A stretch of DNA of 64,000 nucleotides from Armatimonadota bacterium (GTDB lineage: Bacteria; Armatimonadota; UBA5829; DTLH01), in assembly GCA_039680575.1 (NCBI GenBank), contig JBDKSP010000089.1, positions 1 to 64,000 on the forward strand. The letters are read 5' to 3'. The notes below the pieces were generated by a model that saw nothing but the letters and a program-made list of their open reading frames with translations, was not told the origin of the DNA and ran no database searches. The position numbers were made by a program, and so were the translations under genes. How positions within the stretch are numbered: the stretch's first letter is position 1; every line of letters starts with the position of its first letter. Shown here in pieces: positions 31,522-41,436 of the stretch.

Positions 31522-31980
31522 TCAGGCAGCCTTGATCAACCCCAAGCGAATTAAGCCTTCTACGGCGAATTTGTCCGCTTTGGTCTGTTTGTAGCGGCCA
31601 TTCCTACCTTCCATGTGGTCCAGGTAGTGAGAAAACTCGTGGAGGAAGATCCCGACCATAAGGTGCTCTGCAGTACTGAACTTTTCTGAACGAAGTTTCT
31701 GATAAGTCGTCTCCCGCCCGCGCAGGTCGGTCTTTTTGTAGTACTGCGATGTCTTGAACGGCACCGTGACCGGATAACGGTTCGTGTGGTTTATCCTGAG
31801 CCTGATAAGCTTGCCGTCGGGCGCGGATTTCGTCCAGCGGTAGTACGTGCCGGATATCGAGCGCCGGGACCGCTCCGGGCAGTATTTGACTTCGACAATC
31901 AGCCCGTCGTGATCATAGCCCGAAACAGACTCATGAAATAGATGTTCGATGTTGTATTTTGTGAGATTATGAATGATCAT
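31522..31980 (-). CDS. Small putative zincin metallopeptidase-like protein
   Basis: IFLHEFSH followed by ..ADKFA helix. Confidence 0.6.
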   Translation of the reverse strand: MIIHNLTKYNIEHLFHESVSGYDHDGLIVEVKYCPERSRRSISGTYYRWTKSAPDGKLIRLRINHTNRYPVTVPFKTSQYYKKTDLRGRETTYQKLRSEKFSTAEHLMVGIFLHEFSHYLDHMEGRNGRYKQTKADKFAVEGLIRLGLIKAA

Positions 31981-33226
31981 GAGGCCGGTAAATGCTTATC
32001 CCAATAAGCTCAAACAATAAAGCAATTACCAGGCCGAGGGCAAACGACTCCGGCACGGACGGACCGAGCGTTATCGCGGCCTGGTTGGTGACATTTTCGA
32101 TAGTAAAGCTCGATTTTTGGATGAGCATGTAAAGCGGAGCAAAGAGAGCCATGAGAGCCGCATAAGCTATGGCAATCCCGGCAGCAAGCGGCCATTTTTT
32201 GACCGGCTTATTCGATGTCTTTGCGGCGTAATACCCCCCAAGAACGAGCGCCACAGCCGGAATAATGAGTGTGAGATACGCGAGCAGCGGGACATGCTTC
32301 TTTTTGCCGTCCGTCTCGATTCCTCTGATGAGCCCGGCACTGAGTTTGAACCCGCTTTCATCATCGACAGTCGAAGAAGCACCTCCACGGATGGTTACAC
32401 CGTGTGAAATGTAGTATGCAAGGCCTGATGCTGCAGGAAGGAGCGTCACAGCGCTTTTGACCCGCTCAGTCCTTTCCGCTTTAGTGTGCCCCTTGAGCCC
32501 TATACCGATGTATACGGCAAACAGGCAGAAAAATATGAGCTGTCCGATCAGAAATGAGATCAGCGCGCCGCGTATCCATGCCGGAAGCCATGCATCTTTC
32601 CCGAAAAGTCTCTTTTTGACGCCTGCGAGGCCGCCAAGAGCGCCTATTCCGCCGAAAATGACCCCGAATATAAGCCCATAAAATACCGTGCCGCCTGCGG
32701 CGGGGATGAGTTTCGCGGCGATCAGTTCGGGAGCGGGGTTCCATCCGCCTATTTCGAACTGCGGCAGGTGAATGGCGCTGGTCGCCGCCGTAAAGAACGG
32801 CCTTGCGATCAAAAGGAAGATAACGTAAGGTATCGCAACGAGCGCCCCGGCTGTAAACCTGCCCGCGTCTTTCGCTCCAGCCAGTTTCGCGCTCACCAAA
32901 CCTCCGAGCGCAAGCGCTATGGCCGGCACTGCCGCCCACAGGGTCAGCGGCCATAAAATGCTCAGCGTCAGCCCGGGTATTCCTCCGGGCATACCGGCTC
33001 CGGCTATACTTATGTGGTGGATTGCGTAAAAGTTAAGCCCGGCGCGGCCTACGAACTGGCTGATCGTCGAATGAGTTCCGTTGGACGGAACAACCAACCC
33101 AAGCCCAAGCATGTGAAACCAGGCGCTCAACCCGAATCCCAATATAGCTGCGACGACCGCGCCCGATGCCGCGCCATAGACAAGCCTGACCCATCCGGGA
33201 GAGGCATTACTTTCAGTTTCCCGCAC
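31967..33226 (-). CDS. Multi-pass membrane protein with internal duplication
   Basis: About 10 hydrophobic segments; repeated PA.AL.LGG..A.K motif in both halves. Confidence 0.7.
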   Translation of the reverse strand: MRETESNASPGWVRLVYGAASGAVVAAILGFGLSAWFHMLGLGLVVPSNGTHSTISQFVGRAGLNFYAIHHISIAGAGMPGGIPGLTLSILWPLTLWAAVPAIALALGGLVSAKLAGAKDAGRFTAGALVAIPYVIFLLIARPFFTAATSAIHLPQFEIGGWNPAPELIAAKLIPAAGGTVFYGLIFGVIFGGIGALGGLAGVKKRLFGKDAWLPAWIRGALISFLIGQLIFFCLFAVYIGIGLKGHTKAERTERVKSAVTLLPAASGLAYYISHGVTIRGGASSTVDDESGFKLSAGLIRGIETDGKKKHVPLLAYLTLIIPAVALVLGGYYAAKTSNKPVKKWPLAAGIAIAYAALMALFAPLYMLIQKSSFTIENVTNQAAITLGPSVPESFALGLVIALLFELIGISIYRPHDHS

Positions 33227-33255
33227 TACCCAGTATCCTCGTATGAATTAATCGC

Positions 33256-33693
33256 TCAAAACGGCCATTTATCAGACCTGAAGACGGCAAACGCTCCCGG
33301 TCCCGAAAGCACGAGCGACAGCGCCATGGCTATAAGGGCAAGATTATACTCGAACCCTCCGCCTCCGGCAAAGAACCCGCGCTTCCCGTGGACAAGAACA
33401 ATTGCCACGACCATGTCCAGGATTATTAAGACGCTTATAATCCTGGTGAATAGACCAATCACCAGAAAAAGGCCGCCGAGGAATTCCACAAGCGCCACCG
33501 CCCATGCCGAAAATACCGGCAGTGGGACATTAAGTGACTGCAGAAACTGTGCAGTGCCGCCGATCCCGCCGCCGCCGAACAAGCCGAACAGTTTCTGCGC
33601 GCCATGGGCCATAAAGATAATTCCAAGCACCAACCGGATAATGAACGGGGCCCAGATTGCGGCCGGTCTGAGATAAATCGAAAAATCAGGCAT
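33256..33693 (-). CDS. DoxX family membrane protein
   Basis: RLVLGIIF.AHGAQKLFG, EFLGG, GFEY.L; GGAGG RBS before ATG 33693. Confidence 0.92.
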   Translation of the reverse strand: MPDFSIYLRPAAIWAPFIIRLVLGIIFMAHGAQKLFGLFGGGGIGGTAQFLQSLNVPLPVFSAWAVALVEFLGGLFLVIGLFTRIISVLIILDMVVAIVLVHGKRGFFAGGGGFEYNLALIAMALSLVLSGPGAFAVFRSDKWPF

Positions 33694-34020
33694 ATTTATC
33701 GCCTCCGTCTTCTGTTCCTGCCATATTCGCTTCAGATAATATACCCGGCGGACTGTTGATTGAAAGCAAAGATGTGGTTTAGGGATTGGCGGAGAGCCGT
33801 GTGTCGGGAGGAAACACAATCTCGATGCATAAGGTCTCGCCACCTTCGGTGTCGGCTTCGGCAGCAAGCGGTCCGAAGCAAACAATTGATCATAATGTCC
33901 GTCGATATGGTTGTAATCTTTGGTAGTCTGCAGCGGTGTGCTATACTAAAAGGCAAGTTGGTATGAGCTTATAAAGACGGTTGTCTCGACGGATATAAAA
34001 TTCAATGAAGGGACATAGTT

Positions 34021-35061
34021 ATGGATAAAGCACACTCAATCTATAGGATGGGACTTAAGCCAGAAGACACTGTACAGTTGGTTCAACGATCAGCATCATC
34101 ACTTAAGGTAAAGGAAAAACAGATAGAGAACTGGATGGCTACAAAACCGGAGTTGCTGTTTTCTAATCCAGAATCACTGCAGATAATAGCGCAGGAAGTA
34201 TCCGGCGAACTTATGGCTGATATCCTGGCTGTAGATAGCCAGGGCAACTTGATAATCATTGAGATTAAAAGAGAATCATCTGATAGAGGGACTGTCGGCC
34301 AGTTGCTGGACTATGCAGCGAGGTTGGCATCCTGGAACTACGACGACTTCAACCGCAGATGGCAGAATCATACCAAGACCAAAAACGACTTGTTTGAGGA
34401 GTTCAAGACGTTTGTTGAGAACCCAGACTTCGACAAAGATGATTTTCTGAAAGACCGTCGGCTTTTTATTCTTGCCTCTTCAGAAGATGAAAGTATGAAG
34501 AGGATTATCAGTTGGCTTCGTGACACCTACGCTGTGCCAATAGATTTTGTGCCGTTTCAATTCTACGAAGACAATGAACAGGTTTACCTTGATATAGCAA
34601 AGATTGACATCGAGCCACTAACCATACGCACAAAGTGGTCAGGGGACTGGTTCTTCAATACCAACGAGACGTACAGCAAAGGGGCTTACAGTGTCATGCT
34701 CGAACAAGATGTTATTGCTGTATATGGTTATGAAGGTGACCGTGGCAAAGAGATGATCAGCCAACCTGCTGTGGGTGAACGCGTTTTCGCTTATCTCAAC
34801 AGTTATGGCATCATAGCTGTAGGCACTATTGTCGATGATGAAGTGTTCTCAGCTAACTCAGTGTTCGGCAAGCAACATGAAAAGGAGTTCCATCGCAAAG
34901 TTAAGTGGGAGACGAAAGTAAAACCTGCACAGGCTGTCTCTTCGGCACAAGTAAGTCAATGGAATTATAATCTGCCGGTAAGATCAACTCTCTGCAGGAT
35001 GAATGCAGGTGCTGTTGCGGATAGAATAGCAACTGCATTGAACAATAATACGAGCCGATAG
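34021..35061 (+). CDS. PD-(D/E)XK nuclease (NucS-like domain) with possible C-terminal EVE/PUA-like domain
   Basis: E..IE.W....P; ADILAVD..GNL.IIEIKR; GQLLDYA; C-terminal GERVFAY...GIIAVG.I..RKVKW; AT-richer than flanks. Confidence 0.75.
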   Translation: MDKAHSIYRMGLKPEDTVQLVQRSASSLKVKEKQIENWMATKPELLFSNPESLQIIAQEVSGELMADILAVDSQGNLIIIEIKRESSDRGTVGQLLDYAARLASWNYDDFNRRWQNHTKTKNDLFEEFKTFVENPDFDKDDFLKDRRLFILASSEDESMKRIISWLRDTYAVPIDFVPFQFYEDNEQVYLDIAKIDIEPLTIRTKWSGDWFFNTNETYSKGAYSVMLEQDVIAVYGYEGDRGKEMISQPAVGERVFAYLNSYGIIAVGTIVDDEVFSANSVFGKQHEKEFHRKVKWETKVKPAQAVSSAQVSQWNYNLPVRSTLCRMNAGAVADRIATALNNNTSR

Positions 35062-35287
35062 TTCACATACAATAGATAATGGTTCCAAGTAGATGGTGTT
35101 GAATTGTGAATCTATTACCGGCCCGCTGCCTTTGTTTCATGGGCTTGGATACATTTTTTGTTTCTTTCTCTTTTCGTATCTGCTTTTGTGGTAAAAAAGC
35201 CGACCGCTGTTTTTGACAGCTATTTCTTGACACCTCAGCGCTATGTGCGGTTTCATGATGGGTATTACAGAGTAACAGGAGGCGAAT

Positions 35288-36397
35288 ATGGCAGACTATA
35301 AAGCTAAATATTTCAGCAGAAATGAAGGTGAATTCCCGGATGAGATCACGGTCATCGATACGAAGTACACCAAGGTCGATGACCTGCGCTATGGGACCAA
35401 CCCGCACCAGGCAGCGGCTTATTACCGCCCCAAGGGGTCTTCCGGCCTGCCCTTCGCCGATATGGAAATACTGAAGACAGGCAAATCGGGTTTATCCGAG
35501 ACCAACCTGTCCGATATTCACCATGGGATTTCGATAGTCAAATACTTCGTAAACCCCGCATGCGCGGTGATGAAGCATCTGAACCCGAGCGGCGCGGCGG
35601 TCGCCGGTGCTGGAGATGTCCAACTGGACGCTTACATCCGGGCACGCGACGCAGACTCCCGCGCGGCGTTCGGAGGAACAGTCTGCTTGAACACCCCGCT
35701 TGACGCAGCTACGGCTGAAGAGATCATGCAGTCGGTAGTCGAAGTAGTCGCAGCCCCGGATTTTGAAGATGGCGCGCTTGACGTGTTGAACGACTTCGAA
35801 AAGTTCAAGAAAAACAGAGAACTCCGCGCAATAAGGGTTCCAGGGATAGCCGCACTGCCGAAATTCGTCGGCGATCCCGCGGCACCGACGATCAAAGTCC
35901 TCGGCGACGGCTCTTTGATCCTTGCAGAACCGCTTTTGACGAAGATCCGGACCGCGGCAGACCTGCTGCCTGCCGTTACGGACCACCCAAAACAGGGACA
36001 TTTCGAGATAGCGCGGGTCCCTACCGAGCGGGAATACGACGATCTCATTTTTTCATGGTATGTGAACCTGAATGTCCGCTCGAACGGTGTCGTCATCGCA
36101 CGCGACGGCGTAACGCTCGCAGTCGGCACAGGTGAGCAGGACAGAGTAGGCGCAGTCGAGCAGGCCATTGATAAGGCAAAGCGCAAGTTCGTGGGCGACG
36201 CTGATCTCAAGGGCGCTGTGCTGTCATCCGACGGGTTCTTCCCCATGCGGGACTCGATAGACGTCTGCGCAGCCACCGGTATCACGGCAATCGTCCAGCC
36301 GGGCGGCTCTGTGCGCGACTGGGAAGTCATCCAGGCCGCAAACGAGCACGGCATAGCAATGGTCTTCACCGATGAGCGGATATTCTCGCATCATTAG
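35288..36397 (+). CDS. purH: AICAR transformylase (PurH C-terminal domain only)
   Basis: LRYGTNPHQ, KH.NPSG, AAFGG, SNG, SDGFFP..D, QPGGS..D, R.F.H; lacks the N-terminal IMP cyclohydrolase domain. Confidence 0.88.
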   Translation: MADYKAKYFSRNEGEFPDEITVIDTKYTKVDDLRYGTNPHQAAAYYRPKGSSGLPFADMEILKTGKSGLSETNLSDIHHGISIVKYFVNPACAVMKHLNPSGAAVAGAGDVQLDAYIRARDADSRAAFGGTVCLNTPLDAATAEEIMQSVVEVVAAPDFEDGALDVLNDFEKFKKNRELRAIRVPGIAALPKFVGDPAAPTIKVLGDGSLILAEPLLTKIRTAADLLPAVTDHPKQGHFEIARVPTEREYDDLIFSWYVNLNVRSNGVVIARDGVTLAVGTGEQDRVGAVEQAIDKAKRKFVGDADLKGAVLSSDGFFPMRDSIDVCAATGITAIVQPGGSVRDWEVIQAANEHGIAMVFTDERIFSHH

Positions 36398-36411
36398 GAT
36401 TTAGAATGTAT

Positions 36412-36590
36412 TGGCCGGGCTGAAGTCCCGGCCATTGGCAGCTTCGCTGCCGAAATACCCCTCATCCCAACCTTCTCCCGCAAGGGGAGAAGGGGCTGAT
36501 TGTGCAAATCTCCACTAATCCCCTTTCGCGTCTTTCGTGCCTCTTCGCGTCCATCGCGATTCAAAACCTGACAGCTGATGGCTGACGGCT
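36412..36590. repeat. Cluster of intergenic palindromes/REP-like repeats
   Basis: TGGCCGGG..CCCGGCCA; GGCAGC ttc GCTGCC; CCCCTCATCCCAACCTTCTCCCGCAAGGGGAGAAGG; TTCGCGTC..CGCGATTCAAAA; 7-mer GCTGAnn runs. Confidence 0.7.
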
Positions 36591-36594
36591 CCCT

Positions 36595-37308
36595 TCAAAG
36601 CGGCTTTTTCACGATCTTTGCGCCGTGGCGGGGGAACTCCTCTGGTGTGGGCTTCTGTTTCTTGATAACGATCAAACTGCGCTGAATATCCGTGCCGGGG
36701 AGAGTCAGCCGGATAATCTCGGGGTGTCCGCCGCCGAGCGTTCCTATACCGGGTCTTGCGCCGTCGAGCTCGCTGTCTACATCGGGACCTTTCATAGCGA
36801 TGAACACGCCCCCTACCCTTACGAGCGGCAGGCAGTACTCGACCAGCATCCTCATATCGGCAACGGCCCTTGCAGTGACTATATTGTAGTGCTCTCTGTG
36901 CTCCGGTATCCGCCCTGCTTCTTCCGCGCGGGAGTGCATAAGCTCGATATTGGAAAGATTCAGCTGCTGGCGGACTTCATCCAGAAAAGTCAGCTTTTTA
37001 TTGGTGGCTTCGATAAGCGTGACTTTGACATCAGGCCGCGCAATCGCGATTGGGACTCCCGGAAAGCCCGCTCCGGTCCCTACATCGGCAACTTCGTCGC
37101 CGTTTCGGAACCTGGCTGCCCTAAAACATGAGAGCGAGTCGAGATAATGCTTCACACCTATCTCACCGGGGTCAACGATAGACGTCAGGTTGAACTTTTG
37201 GTTCCATTCCAAAAGAAGCTCGGTATATTCCGCGAACTTCTCCGATTGTTCGCTATCTATCTTTACTCCCAGCTCAAAAGCGCCTTTAACAAGTCGTTCC
37301 TCGATCAC
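36595..37308 (-). CDS. rsmG: 16S rRNA m7G527 methyltransferase
   Basis: WNQKFNLTSI, HYLDSL, DVGTGAGFPG.P, RAE, ARAV. Confidence 0.96.
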   Translation of the reverse strand: MIEERLVKGAFELGVKIDSEQSEKFAEYTELLLEWNQKFNLTSIVDPGEIGVKHYLDSLSCFRAARFRNGDEVADVGTGAGFPGVPIAIARPDVKVTLIEATNKKLTFLDEVRQQLNLSNIELMHSRAEEAGRIPEHREHYNIVTARAVADMRMLVEYCLPLVRVGGVFIAMKGPDVDSELDGARPGIGTLGGGHPEIIRLTLPGTDIQRSLIVIKKQKPTPEEFPRHGAKIVKKPL

Positions 37309-37466
37309 ACAGCCCTCCGTCTATCATTTAAATTTTCTTCCAATAGTATAGCAGACCTGAAAGCAGCGGATTATAGATTACCGATGTTTGGGAAAAATAG
37401 GAAAGGCTCTACGGGCTCAGCGGTTCCACAGACACGATTACTGCTTGTGATGAGTGTGGGAAGGAA

Positions 37467-37700
37467 GTGTTTCAGATGCCAATGATCTTCGATGCAGCGA
37501 TGGGACAGCTCATACGAGAACGCCTGCAGCAGGACAAGCGTACGGCGGGAGTGACAGTCGAGATCAACTGCGCGGACGGCTGTATCAGCCTGATCGGCGA
37601 AGTGGACTCGGAAGAACAAAAGAACACAACGCTCTTTCTTATCGAAGGGCTGTCTGGAGTGAGGTCTGTAATGGACCAGATCATTATCAGACCCCACTGA
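37467..37700 (+). CDS. BON domain protein
   Basis: V.I...DG.ISL.GEVDS......A...GLSGVRSVMDQI. Confidence 0.75.
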   Translation: MFQMPMIFDAAMGQLIRERLQQDKRTAGVTVEINCADGCISLIGEVDSEEQKNTTLFLIEGLSGVRSVMDQIIIRPH

Positions 37701-37711
37701 TTCTATCTTTA

Positions 37712-38758
37712 TTACTTGCTAAGGAGCGGAAGATAAGGCGACATGGCAAGCTGCGCCAGAAGGCAGCATACCGTCGATTCCGAACCCTGGTTCAAGTTGA
37801 CGCCCGACGGCATAAGACCGTCATAGCATCCGCCTGTTACCGGATCATAAAGCGCTTCGCTGATGCTGTTGCCGCCAAAGAACCAGTCGAACGCAATCCT
37901 TGCCTGGTCCAGGTAATTGCGGTCGTTCGTAACATCGTACGCTGACAGGTTAGCCATTACGGACGCCATCGGATCGACCGCCTGCTGATCGAACCAGGCT
38001 CTTTCCTCGCCTTTAATATACCAGCCGTTGCAGCCGATGGGATGGTGGACTCCATCGATATTGGTAACGCTGTTCAGAAAATCGAGGCTGCGGGCTGCCA
38101 CATCCAGATACTCCTGTTTTCCAAACACTTGATACGCGAAGAACAGCGCTCTCGGCGGGATTCCATTGGAATAGGTCAGGTAGTTATCGAACCACGGCCA
38201 GTCATCCGTAGCGTTTTTGTGGAACGCCTTGCACATCGTATCTGCAAGTTTTCCCAGGTGTACGCGCACTGCATCCGCTTCGGGTTCGCCCTTCAGATAG
38301 AAGTAGCATCCTAGTGCGGAATACGCATGTCCCCTGGTCCAGTTAATGGTCGGAAGCCATCTTATAGCATCATCGAACAGCCTGCGTGCAACCTTCTTTA
38401 CATTTTCGTGTATGTTGGTTGCAAGCGCTTCTCCACAAGCCCATAGGACCCTTCCGAAGCAGTCCTCAGACCCTTCGTCGTCCAGAAATATCTGGTCGAA
38501 CGACATGAAGTTGTGAAACCGCTTGCCGGATGTCTGCGCATAGTGCAGAAAACTCAGGTAAGTGCTGACCAGCCTGAGCATCCGCCTGTCCCCGCTGCGC
38601 TCGTATTCCTGAAGCGCAACGATCAATGCGCGGGCATTGTCATCGGTAGTATAGCCTGTCCGTCTGTTTGGTATCGAATAAATGGCATGCTGGATAACGC
38701 CCGTACGGTCCGTGAGCGTTTCCAGATGCTCAAGCACAATCGGTGGATAATCCGTCAC
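37712..38758 (-). CDS. GT4-associated alpha/alpha-barrel protein
   Basis: HL..LTD.TGV.QHA...P....GYTTDDNARAL, SED.FGR..W, FDQQ.VD, GGCYDGL, NLNQGSES. Confidence 0.8.
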   Translation of the reverse strand: MTDYPPIVLEHLETLTDRTGVIQHAIYSIPNRRTGYTTDDNARALIVALQEYERSGDRRMLRLVSTYLSFLHYAQTSGKRFHNFMSFDQIFLDDEGSEDCFGRVLWACGEALATNIHENVKKVARRLFDDAIRWLPTINWTRGHAYSALGCYFYLKGEPEADAVRVHLGKLADTMCKAFHKNATDDWPWFDNYLTYSNGIPPRALFFAYQVFGKQEYLDVAARSLDFLNSVTNIDGVHHPIGCNGWYIKGEERAWFDQQAVDPMASVMANLSAYDVTNDRNYLDQARIAFDWFFGGNSISEALYDPVTGGCYDGLMPSGVNLNQGSESTVCCLLAQLAMSPYLPLLSK

Positions 38759-38760
38759 TG

Positions 38761-40110
38761 TTAAACCTCTATTGCATCTTCTTCCGGCGTGGTCTCAGCC
38801 GCGGCTCGTCTCCGCTGCAGGATCCTGTGGAACATATCCAGATAATCTATAGCAACATTGAACCACGCCGTCCGCCTGCCGAACTTGTAAGCCAGAGCTT
38901 CCATTTGCTCTCTCTTTGCAGGATTATCCAGCAAGTCTATAATGGCATTCGCCATAGCATCAGGAGACTTGAAATCGACCAGAGTCCCTCTGCCGTCGGC
39001 CAATACTTCCTCAGCGTAAAGATAAGGGGTGGATACTATAGCTTTTCCGCAGCCCAGCGCATAAGCAAGCGTGCCGCTTACGATCTGATCCTTATTCAGA
39101 TAAGGAGTAATATACACGTCTGTTGCGCACAGATACCTGACAAGCTCCGTGAGCGACAGGAAACGGTTGTTGAACCGAACATTGTTTTCCAGATTGTTGC
39201 GCCGGACGGCCTCGAGCATCTCGTTTCGGTAAGTTTCACCTTCCCAGGCTCTAACGCCAGGGTGTGTCTCACCGAGCACCAGATAAAGAGCTTCCGGATA
39301 TTTGGCAACTACGCGAGCCATAGCCTCTATGGCGAACTCAATGCCCTTACCCCGGTTAATCAGGCCGAAGGTGGATATAATCTTGCGATTAGCAATCCCC
39401 AGAGATCTCTTCACCGCAGCTGTCGATACTCTGTGAACGTTCGGCACTCCGTGGTGGATAATCGTTATCTTCTTAGGGTCGATGTCGTATGTATCGAGCA
39501 GTATCTGCCGTCCCGTGCGGACCATAACTACGACGACTTCGCACAGGTCCGCCAGTTCCTGCAGCACCCGCTTTTGATCCGGGTCAGGGTTATTGAGCAC
39601 GGTATGCAGCGTAGCGACGGCGGGCTTTTTAAGGTTTTTGATCAGGTCGAGCACATACTCTCCCTGCGTCCCGCCGTAAATTCCATACTCGTGCTGGATA
39701 CTGACGATATCGACCGTGGAATCGTTGATATACTTCGCCGCATCCAGGTAGCTCTGCCGGTCATCACGGAATATCTGAGCCCGGACGATCCTTCCGTAAG
39801 GCTCGATCTCTTCTTTTCGCTTAACGGCTATGACTGTCGGCTTGGAAAACGGCGTATACTTGGCTACCGAAGTTACCACGTCTTTTGTGAAAGTCGCAAT
39901 ACCGCATTCGCTTGGAGGATATGTCGCAACGTACGCAGGCTCAATTTTGTTCATTGATTCCTTGAGGAACTTGAACAGCTTATTATCTTCGGCTTTGAGC
40001 CACCTTACCTCGTCTCTGAGGACATACTCCTCCGGAACATCCGTTTCATATGGCAATCCGCCATCGGGTTTTGTTTTATCTTTTTGCATAACTTTTCCGA
40101 AGCCGGGCAA
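38761..40110 (-). CDS. Glycosyltransferase family 4
   Basis: YPP.ECGIATF, QHEYGIYGG, FGLI..GKG.E, YITPY..Q..SGTL.YA.G.GKA; exact start uncertain. Confidence 0.9.
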   Translation of the reverse strand: MPGFGKVMQKDKTKPDGGLPYETDVPEEYVLRDEVRWLKAEDNKLFKFLKESMNKIEPAYVATYPPSECGIATFTKDVVTSVAKYTPFSKPTVIAVKRKEEIEPYGRIVRAQIFRDDRQSYLDAAKYINDSTVDIVSIQHEYGIYGGTQGEYVLDLIKNLKKPAVATLHTVLNNPDPDQKRVLQELADLCEVVVVMVRTGRQILLDTYDIDPKKITIIHHGVPNVHRVSTAAVKRSLGIANRKIISTFGLINRGKGIEFAIEAMARVVAKYPEALYLVLGETHPGVRAWEGETYRNEMLEAVRRNNLENNVRFNNRFLSLTELVRYLCATDVYITPYLNKDQIVSGTLAYALGCGKAIVSTPYLYAEEVLADGRGTLVDFKSPDAMANAIIDLLDNPAKREQMEALAYKFGRRTAWFNVAIDYLDMFHRILQRRRAAAETTPEEDAIEV

Positions 40111-40179
40111 TTACTGCTCGACTCGCTACGAGCTACAAGAACTGTTAAATCTGACTATTTACGGAGCAAATAACGCGGT

Positions 40180-40530
40180 TTAAGGCGTAAGTGTGACTGC
40201 TGCTTCCGATTCATCCTCGAACAGGGGGAATACTTTCTCCAAGCCTGTGATCTCGAAGACTTTACGGATCTGGTTGGAACTGCACACTACTGCGATCTTG
40301 CCGCCGCTCTCGCTGGCTCGCTTAAGACCTCCCACCAGTGTTCCCAGACCGGAACTGTCGATATATTCTACCCCAGCCATGCTGACTACGACACTCGGAT
40401 GACCTTGCTCGATGACATCTATCATCGTATCTCTGAACTGGGCACAAGTGTAAGAATCTAGTTCGCCAACTAGCTCGATGATGGGGATGTCCTTCACCAT
40501 TTTCGTCCTGATTCGCAAATCCATTTCCAT
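40180..40530 (-). CDS. STAS-domain anti-sigma-factor antagonist (RsbV/SpoIIAA-like)
   Basis: GELD, YIDSSGLG.LV, VFEITGL; AAGGAG RBS. Confidence 0.93.
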   Translation of the reverse strand: MEMDLRIRTKMVKDIPIIELVGELDSYTCAQFRDTMIDVIEQGHPSVVVSMAGVEYIDSSGLGTLVGGLKRASESGGKIAVVCSSNQIRKVFEITGLEKVFPLFEDESEAAVTLTP

Positions 40531-40651
40531 TATTCTGGCACTCCTTCTCCAGCAGGTAACGCGGACGTGTCGAGCGGCCGTCTGCGGGCTTGACTGCAAT
40601 GCTCACGAAGGTATCAGGTTGTGGGGCGATGTGGAACTGTCGCCACCAACT

Positions 40652-40718
40652 GAGTTTCAGTGTTCCTCAAACCTGAAACCCTTTCTTGAGATTCCCGGCT
40701 GTTGCTGAAAATCTATAA
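40652..40718 (-). repeat. Family A two-hairpin element (minus strand)
   Basis: Reverse complement: TTATAGATTTTCAGC aaca GCCGGGAATC TCAAGAAA GGGTTTCAGG...ACTGAAACTC. Confidence 0.7.
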
Positions 40719-40845
40719 TTACTTATTCCTTGGGACAGTCCAAATCGAAACATGACATCATCGGCATCGTCTCGTCGGAGGAAGTTTATCATTTACGCAG
40801 GACAATGTCAACTGTACCCGCTCGCCAGAATCTGGTTACGAATGG

Positions 40846-41436
40846 TCAGGAGTGCTTACGAGGAAGGAACGGTGGCCTCAGCCGGTTTGTGTTTGCAGCG
40901 CTTTCGGCAACGGATTGCAGAGTTATCTCTGTAACATACCACTGGTTCACTACCGGCAAATCCAGTTGTTTCAATCTTATAAGCATAGCCGGTCTGGACA
41001 CATAAAACCTATCGGACAGAACGGACAGCCGCCAGTCAGGGTCGTCCTCCAAGGAATCATACATTTTGACGACCAACGGCTCGGGCATCAGGAGGCACGC
41101 GGCAAATTTCGACGCATACCGTTCTTCCTCATCCTCATCAACCTCAGCTTCTCGCATAAGGAGCCGCATTGAAGGCCGTGCTGAGTTTATGACGTGATGT
41201 CCCAGCTCATGAGCTATTGAAAACTGCCTTCTCCTGGGTGAATCGAGTGAGTTTACCACGATCTCGGTCCTGCCGCTCGGCAGCGTCAGATAGAACGCGG
41301 AAACCTCGTCACCCAAAGGCCGGCGTATCAAGTTTATATTGTAGTAATTGCAAACGGCGCTGACATCACAGGGAATGGTAAGGCCGAGTTGCTTCCATAT
41401 CCGGGCTGATTGATCCTCCAGCAAGTCATCGATCAT
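40846..41436 (-). CDS. ImmA/IrrE family metallo-endopeptidase
   Basis: RRRQFSIAHELGH, EE.YASKFAACLLMP, F.VS..A..IRL. Confidence 0.92.
   Translation of the reverse strand: MIDDLLEDQSARIWKQLGLTIPCDVSAVCNYYNINLIRRPLGDEVSAFYLTLPSGRTEIVVNSLDSPRRRQFSIAHELGHHVINSARPSMRLLMREAEVDEDEEERYASKFAACLLMPEPLVVKMYDSLEDDPDWRLSVLSDRFYVSRPAMLIRLKQLDLPVVNQWYVTEITLQSVAESAANTNRLRPPFLPRKHS

Noticed and set aside
35062..35287. ZMP/ZTP riboswitch before purH (also checked before glyA)
   Set aside because: No GACTGGCG...GTGG...CGCCTGGG signature seen
37712..40110. Frameshifted pseudogene of a fused GT4 protein
   Set aside because: Both ORFs have intact motifs and are separated by 2 nt with a proper stop and start, which fits a natural two-gene form
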